Assembly: GCF_000039765.1 (NCBI RefSeq)
Contig: NC_004459.3
Location: 2,926,104-2,958,103, forward strand
Direction: 5' to 3'
DNA length: 32,000 nucleotides
Source: Vibrio vulnificus CMCP6
GTDB lineage: Bacteria > Pseudomonadota > Gammaproteobacteria > Enterobacterales > Vibrionaceae
Below the pieces are notes generated by a model. The model was not told where the DNA came from. It worked only from the letters and a program-made list of their open reading frames with translations, and did not search any database. Shown one piece after another: positions 27,290-32,000 of the stretch. The stretch's first letter is position 1; each line of letters begins with the position of its first letter. The position numbers were made by a program, and so were the translations under genes.

Positions 27290-28072
27290 ATGAATAGAGT
27301 TTGGGTGAAATCACTGATTGGCATTGCTCTCCTACTTTTGACATCGGGCACTCATGCACTGGAAAAAACGTGGCTTCAACCAGCCTTCGTCAGCAATGCA
27401 TTCATTCAAGTGGCATTGCGCAATGAATATAGCCCTGGGGAAAAGAAAGTTCGCAAATGGCACACGCCTGTACGTGTGTACGTTGAACATCAGGTCGCAG
27501 ATAAAGCGCTGCATGAATCGCTATTAAAAATGCACCTCCGTGATTTGTCCGCCATCACGGGCCTCTCAATTGAGACCACCAACGACAAAGCACAAGCCAA
27601 CGTTGTTTGGGTGTTCACCCAAGAATCGAGCTATCAAAGTGAAGTCAAACGTCTCATGGGACGCAAATCTGCCAACAATCTGGGCAGCGCGGTTTGCAAA
27701 GCGGGTTTTAAAACTCGCCAAAGTGCCATCTATTACGCTGCGATTGTTATTCCTGTCGACAAAGCGCGCGAGCACGGCAAATTGGTCGCTTGTATTGTGG
27801 AAGAAATCACTCAGGTTCTCGGTCTGCCTAACGATTCAGATCAGGCTTACCCTTCTATTTTTAATGACAATTCCCCAGAAGAGTTACTTTCACCACTTGA
27901 TATCGTCCTACTCAAATTGCTTTATCAACCTGAGATTAAGGCTGGTATGTCGGAGGCGGAAGTCAAACCAGTACTAAGTACACTGCTCACGCGTTTCGCC
28001 GACAATGGCACCTTATCTCAATCCGTCGATGTAGCAACGCAAACCGAGCTGTTTCAGTTTATTGGGTATTGA
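27290..28072 (+). CDS. Secreted protein of unknown function, DUF2927-like
   Basis: 260 aa with a signal peptide (LIGIALLLLTSGTHA|LE). The core IVEEITQVLGLPNDSD resembles the conserved DUF2927 block; this is recalled from memory, not searched. A strong SD AAGGAG sits 52 nt after sapF with no terminator in between. Confidence 0.6.
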   Translation: MNRVWVKSLIGIALLLLTSGTHALEKTWLQPAFVSNAFIQVALRNEYSPGEKKVRKWHTPVRVYVEHQVADKALHESLLKMHLRDLSAITGLSIETTNDKAQANVVWVFTQESSYQSEVKRLMGRKSANNLGSAVCKAGFKTRQSAIYYAAIVIPVDKAREHGKLVACIVEEITQVLGLPNDSDQAYPSIFNDNSPEELLSPLDIVLLKLLYQPEIKAGMSEAEVKPVLSTLLTRFADNGTLSQSVDVATQTELFQFIGY

Positions 28073-28114
28073 TCGTTAAGCGGTTCAAAGCCGTTAAATT
28101 GCTATGCGGCGATG

Positions 28115-28140
28115 AAAAAACGGTGCTGAATCGCACCGTT
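28115..28140 (-). terminator. Intrinsic terminator of the DUF2750-like gene (weakly bidirectional)
   Basis: AACGGTGC (28119-28126) / GCACCGTT (28133-28140). The minus strand continues with T6; the plus-strand tail is poor. Confidence 0.7.
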
Positions 28141-28165
28141 ATGTTCCGTGATTGACCAGAGCGTT

Positions 28166-28555
28166 TTATCTCTTCGCCGCCTGTTTTTTCAGTTCAAAAT
28201 CAAACTCATCAGGGAACAACACCACCCCTTCCTCATTAATGCTCGGAAACACGACAACCGATAGTTCGTCGTCTTCTAAGCCACGAGTCCAGCGGCTGTG
28301 CCACTTGTTTAGCGAGATCGATTCCGCTTGGCACTCTTGCCAATCGCCCGTGGCCCACTCTTCAGCAAATTCTCTATTTGGCCAAACCGGTACGCACTCT
28401 TCCTCTTCGGTGTTGAGCATCACGCAGCCATGCTCATCAGTGAGGATCCATACTTGGCGCTGGGCGACAATTTCCTTAACGCAGTAACGTAAACGCTGCT
28501 CTTGATCGTAACTATTAATGGTACGAATTTGATCTTGGGATAATGGTGTGGTCAT
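28166..28555 (-). CDS. Small acidic cytoplasmic protein, DUF2750-like
   Basis: 129 aa with no signal peptide or TM. It is Trp- and Glu-rich (VWILTDEHGCVML...VPVWPNREFAEEWATGDWQEC). It is monocistronic, with the ppaC terminator just upstream and its own terminator downstream. The family assignment is from memory only. Confidence 0.55.
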   Translation of the reverse strand: MTTPLSQDQIRTINSYDQEQRLRYCVKEIVAQRQVWILTDEHGCVMLNTEEEECVPVWPNREFAEEWATGDWQECQAESISLNKWHSRWTRGLEDDELSVVVFPSINEEGVVLFPDEFDFELKKQAAKR

Positions 28556-28589
28556 TGCGCCTCTCCACTTTTGCCTTTTGGCGACATTT

Positions 28590-28627
28590 AATTAAAAACG
28601 CCCACTTGCCGTGGCAAATGGGCGTTT
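28590..28627 (-). terminator. Intrinsic terminator of ppaC
   Basis: The minus strand reads AAACGCCCA-T-TTGCC-AC-GGCAA-G-TGGGCGTTT followed by TTAATTAAA. The stem is extended and nested. Confidence 0.75.
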
Positions 28628-28686
28628 CCATTATGGTGTAAAGTCTCACCTGGTACCAGAGAGACTCTTTCACTCTGTGCGACTGA

Positions 28687-29592
28687 TTACGCAAGCTCAA
28701 CTTGAAGCCAAGGCCAACCTTGCTTCTTACGACTTAGCGTGTTTTCCATCATCAGCAGGCCATCTTTTTCATGCTTAGCCAGTTTGTCTGACCACTCACC
28801 TTTGTAGATCAAGCGAGTCCAAGCTGTCGTGATGTCAGTTAGCATAACAGCAGCAAACGCAAGGCCATCTTCGTCACAACGACGTTGTAGGTCCGCTTCT
28901 AGTGCTTCGATCATGCCGTCGACTTGCTCAAGCGTTGCCAGTTCAACTTGGCCTACAACCACGTCACGACCGTTGAATGGGTAACCTTTCAGATCTTTCT
29001 CTACAAGTTGCGCAGCAGATAGACCTTCAATATTTGTTTTCGCGATCAGCAGATCTTTAGTAAACGCATCAACATCGGTAACGCCGGCAATTTGTGCAAG
29101 CTCTGCAACGGCATCTTTATCTTTTTGCGTACAAGTTGGAGAAGCAAAACCAACAGTGTCAGACAGGATTGCAGACATCATTAGCTTAGCGATTTTTTCA
29201 GAGATCGCGTGACCTTCAATCTTGAACATGTTGAACAGAACGGTGTTAGTACAACCAACAGGCCAGATCCATGCTTCCATTGGGTTTACGGTCATGACAT
29301 CACCAAGACGGTGATGGTCAACGATACCCGCAACTTCAGCTTCAGCGATATCATCAGGCGCTTGAGCAAGATCTGAGTAATCCACCAACCACACCGTTTC
29401 ACCGGCTACTGATGTACGTAGCTCAGGAACCTCTGCACCAGCCACTTCAAGAATGTGCTGTGTTTCGCGGTTGATTTCGCCTTGACGAATCGGCATCGCT
29501 TCAACGCCACGCGCTTTTAGCAGCTCAGTGGCTACGATGGCACTACAAATACTGTCACTGTCTGGGTTTTTATGACCTACAACTAGAATCAT
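28687..29592 (-). CDS. ppaC: Family II (Mn2+-dependent, DHH/DHHA2) inorganic pyrophosphatase
   Basis: MILVVGHKNPDSDSICSA is DHH motif I, followed by DHHRLGD and the DHHA2 C-terminal domain. The ATG at 29592 follows SD GGAAAG. The track start at 29727 adds an implausible 45-aa extension. Confidence 0.9.
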   Translation of the reverse strand: MILVVGHKNPDSDSICSAIVATELLKARGVEAMPIRQGEINRETQHILEVAGAEVPELRTSVAGETVWLVDYSDLAQAPDDIAEAEVAGIVDHHRLGDVMTVNPMEAWIWPVGCTNTVLFNMFKIEGHAISEKIAKLMMSAILSDTVGFASPTCTQKDKDAVAELAQIAGVTDVDAFTKDLLIAKTNIEGLSAAQLVEKDLKGYPFNGRDVVVGQVELATLEQVDGMIEALEADLQRRCDEDGLAFAAVMLTDITTAWTRLIYKGEWSDKLAKHEKDGLLMMENTLSRKKQGWPWLQVELA

Positions 29593-29732
29593 TATCTTTC
29601 CTATCCAAGTCTCGTTATTCCTGCTTAACCAAAAAGCAGGGTTGCTCACAAAGGGGCATACTTTACCTGAAATGAGCGGATTTGACACCAAGAAAAGTGA
29701 CGTCCAGCTATTGCGAATAATTCTCACTTTTA

Positions 29733-29751
29733 TATAATGATAATCATTCTT
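29733..29751. promoter_or_regulatory. Fur box overlapping a TATAAT -10 hexamer in the ppaC/permease divergent region
   Basis: TATAATGATAATCATTCTT compared with the Fur consensus GATAATGATAATCATTATC (16 of 19 identical). TATAAT at 29733-29738 lies about 33 nt upstream of the permease ATG. A weaker Fur-like 19-mer (12 of 19) is at 29708-29726. Confidence 0.7.
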
Positions 29752-29770
29752 ATTTGCATTGAGGGCAACA

Positions 29771-30985
29771 ATGAACGCAACGAAATTTTTTAGCTCAACG
29801 CACCCATTGCTGCAACCGACGCAGTTTCGTCTCGCTCATAAACGGTTGATATTGCCTGTTGCCCTTTTGGTGTTGCTGCTTAGTGACACGACTCGACAAA
29901 TCACCGTTACGACTCTCTCTGACTCTTTCTGGGCGGTTTCCTGTTACGTCGCGGCCACACTCGCCATTTACCACTATTTGTCTGGCTTTATGTCGCGCAC
30001 CAATCGAGTCACACAACTTTATCGCGCATCACGCCACTACCAAGTCTTTTTTGCAGCATTACTGGGCGCTCTGCCCGGTTGTGGCGGCGCTATTGTTGTC
30101 ACAACGCAATTCATCAGCGGCCGAGTTGGCTTTGGAGCGATTGTGGCCGTGCTAACCTCAACCATGGGCGACGCTGCCTTTCTGCTGCTCGCCGCCAAAC
30201 CCGTGACTGGACTCGGCGTTATTGCGTTGGGCATTGCAGTCGGAACCCTTTCTGGCATGGTGGTGAACGCATTCCATAGCGACGATTTTTTACGGCCCAA
30301 AGTGAGCGATGAACCTAACCAACCACATTGTTGCCAAAACAAGCAAAACACTCACACCCCACTTGAACAGCGAGCCATTAACTTACAGGGCGCGTTTTGG
30401 AAATGGCTTCTGATACCTGCCGCGGGCGTCGCTCTGCTTGGTTCGTTTCAAGTGGATGTGAATTTGCTGCTTGGTCTTGAGGAAAACACCATCGAATGGA
30501 TGGGCGCGATTTTCGCCGTCACCAGCATGTTCCTTTGGGCATTGACCAAAGAGCTCGGCAGCTATCAATCCGCCGTCTCTGAAGACGAAAAGATCATCGA
30601 CTCCCATCCGATTCAAAAAGCCGCCCAAGACACGAATTTCGTCAGTGCTTGGGTGATTTTGGCCTTTCTCGTCTTTGAGCTGACTCGCTATTTTTCTGGA
30701 CTGAATTTACAGGTGACGTTCTCAGGATGGGGCGTATGGATGCCACTCATCGGGGTTGCCGTGGGAATGTTGCCCGGATGCGGGCCACAAATTCTCATGA
30801 CCAGCTTATATCTCTCCGGTGCCGCTCCGCTCTCCGCGCAGCTCGCTAACGCGATTTCAAACGATGGTGACGCGCTCTTCCCTGCCATTGCAATGGCACC
30901 GAAAGCGGCTTTGGTCGCGACGATTTACTCCGCCATTCCTGCGTTTATTGTGGGTTATGGTTATTTCTTCCTGTTTGAATATTAG
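29771..30985 (+). CDS. Polytopic permease with duplicated LPGCG motif (ArsP_2 / putative manganese transporter family)
   Basis: About 404 aa from the ATG at 29771 (SD GAGGG) with about 10 TM. The two halves share LPGCG-x11-SG-x14-GDA-x-F, at codons starting nt 30071 and nt 30770. The central loop carries PHCCQNKQNTH. The family name is recalled, not searched. Confidence 0.7.
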   Translation: MNATKFFSSTHPLLQPTQFRLAHKRLILPVALLVLLLSDTTRQITVTTLSDSFWAVSCYVAATLAIYHYLSGFMSRTNRVTQLYRASRHYQVFFAALLGALPGCGGAIVVTTQFISGRVGFGAIVAVLTSTMGDAAFLLLAAKPVTGLGVIALGIAVGTLSGMVVNAFHSDDFLRPKVSDEPNQPHCCQNKQNTHTPLEQRAINLQGAFWKWLLIPAAGVALLGSFQVDVNLLLGLEENTIEWMGAIFAVTSMFLWALTKELGSYQSAVSEDEKIIDSHPIQKAAQDTNFVSAWVILAFLVFELTRYFSGLNLQVTFSGWGVWMPLIGVAVGMLPGCGPQILMTSLYLSGAAPLSAQLANAISNDGDALFPAIAMAPKAALVATIYSAIPAFIVGYGYFFLFEY

Positions 30986-31032
30986 TTTGTACAAAGCAAA
31001 CAACCGTCAAACACCCCATCATCTCAACGGAA

Positions 31033-31058
31033 AAGAGCCTCTATAACGTGAGGCTCTT
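31033..31058. terminator. Stem-loop between the convergent permease and glycosidase genes (probable weak bidirectional terminator)
   Basis: AAGAGCCTC (31033-31041), loop TATAACGT, GAGGCTCTT (31050-31058). The T-tracts are poor on both sides. Confidence 0.5.
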
Positions 31059-31086
31059 GTCTGGATATGCTTACGACTAAGCGCGC

Positions 31087-32000
31087 TTACGCTGTGACGA
31101 TGGCTTTGGCATTCAAGCCTGGATTTAATTGGGTCACAAACAACTGGCAAGGCTCATCACTTAAGCGTTCTTGTGTCCAGTAGTCGTACCAATGCACTGG
31201 CGTATCAGAGATCAACGTAAACTCTTTGTCTTGCTGGCCGTCATAATTGAACAAACAGTGCAGATCGTTTTTCTCGGTTAGCTTCAAGAAGGCGTGGTTG
31301 AGACTGAACGCGGTAAATTTCGCCGCATTCTGATTGTGCTTTTGACGAACCATCAATTTGGCAAGACAAGATTTGGCGAATGGCGTGATCTCTGGAAGTG
31401 GATCGCCCGACAGCAGCAGCCCGCCACACGCAAGTAGGACATTGCGGTGAAATTCATATTCTTGCCTTTGCGCACCTTGGTTAGGTAGCGAAGTGAACGT
31501 TGCGCAGTCAGGATCAATCTGCCAAAGTTTTCGATGCTGCCAACTGCGGTAGAAGGTCTCTTTGGCAATTTGTTCGAAGCGATGTGCGTGGCGCTCAACG
31601 TCATCCGAAACGCGCATGGCATCAACCAATCCTAAAGAGGGCCACATAGGTGCGTTACAACCAAGTAGCCACGCTTCGCCCGCTCCTTGAGCAATGGCTT
31701 CCATTCCGAGTCGATACGCTTCAACACCTGTTATGCCTTTTTGGTAACGCTGCCCTTTTAGCGTTCCCCAATAGTTAGCGTCCAATTTAAAGAGCTCTAC
31801 GCCCCACTCTTCTCGCATGGTTTTTACCACATGAGTTAGATGCTCCTGCACTTCAGGATGTGATGTATCAAGGATATACCAAGGTGTACAGCGCCAACCG
31901 CCATAAGTGATGTCCTCTGCTTTTAGCAGTGAGCCATCCTGATGTTTAACAAACCATTCGGGATGCTTACGAAAGATCTCTGATTCAGGCTGAGCAATAA
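31087..32000 (-). CDS. Alpha-galactosidase-like glycoside hydrolase (clan GH-D, GH36/GH27-like), N-terminus beyond the window
   Basis: The frame is open from 31851 to the window end (…HPEWFVKHQDGSLL…GGWRCTPWYILDTSHPEVQEHL). FKLDANYW resembles the nucleophile region and MRVSDDV the acid/base region of melibiases. The C-terminal region is beta-sandwich-like. Confidence 0.55.
   Translation of the reverse strand, partial: IAQPESEIFRKHPEWFVKHQDGSLLKAEDITYGGWRCTPWYILDTSHPEVQEHLTHVVKTMREEWGVELFKLDANYWGTLKGQRYQKGITGVEAYRLGMEAIAQGAGEAWLLGCNAPMWPSLGLVDAMRVSDDVERHAHRFEQIAKETFYRSWQHRKLWQIDPDCATFTSLPNQGAQRQEYEFHRNVLLACGGLLLSGDPLPEITPFAKSCLAKLMVRQKHNQNAAKFTAFSLNHAFLKLTEKNDLHCLFNYDGQQDKEFTLISDTPVHWYDYWTQERLSDEPCQLFVTQLNPGLNAKAIVTA

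Noticed and set aside
28642-28666. A second hairpin right after the ppaC stop (AGTCTC...GAGACT enclosing the palindrome CTGGTACCAG)
   Set aside because: It is imperfect and lacks a U-tract. It is most simply part of the ppaC 3' UTR ahead of the strong terminator at 28590-28627. I have no evidence for a separate function.
1-32000. A search by eye for tRNA/rRNA, CRISPR repeats, IS ends, integrase or transposase genes, toxin-antitoxin pairs or defence-system genes
   Set aside because: None were found. Every long ORF is accounted for by housekeeping or stress functions, and the intergenic regions are short, apart from 10044-10389, and explained by promoters and terminators. On this evidence the window is core genome rather than an accessory island.

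Overview
The window looks like a core chromosomal segment of a Vibrio-type gammaproteobacterium. This is judged from gene content and synteny (vexIJK-like RND operon, pspFABC, sapABCDF) and was not checked by search. I call 28 protein-coding genes, two of them cut by the window edges. In order they are: a CDP-alcohol phosphatidyltransferase (partial); norR followed by a sigma54-driven hcp-hcr nitrosative-stress operon; an orphan SAM-methyltransferase plus RluA-like pseudouridine synthase pair; a methyl-accepting chemotaxis protein with a sigma28 promoter; an NSS-family Na+ symporter with a TyrR-like box; clsA; metC; tag; a two-adaptor RND efflux operon; pspF with divergent pspABC, including the sigma54 promoter and a candidate PspF upstream site; sapABCDF followed by a DUF2927-like secreted protein; a small acidic DUF2750-like protein; a family II (Mn-dependent) pyrophosphatase placed divergently from a two-repeat LPGCG permease, with a near-consensus Fur box between them; and a partial alpha-galactosidase-like hydrolase. 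Most convergent gene ends carry clear intrinsic terminators. I found no rRNA, tRNA, CRISPR array, IS element, integrase or phage/defence genes, so I cannot support a new mobile or defence system here. The least-described candidates are: (1) the Fur-box-controlled ppaC/permease metal-supply module; (2) the pseudouridine synthase and methyltransferase operon of unknown target; (3) the DUF2927 gene appended to sap; (4) a 17-bp perfect palindrome that may act as both norR terminator and sigma54 upstream activator site for hcp. All product calls rest on recognising motifs in the supplied translations. No database search was run.
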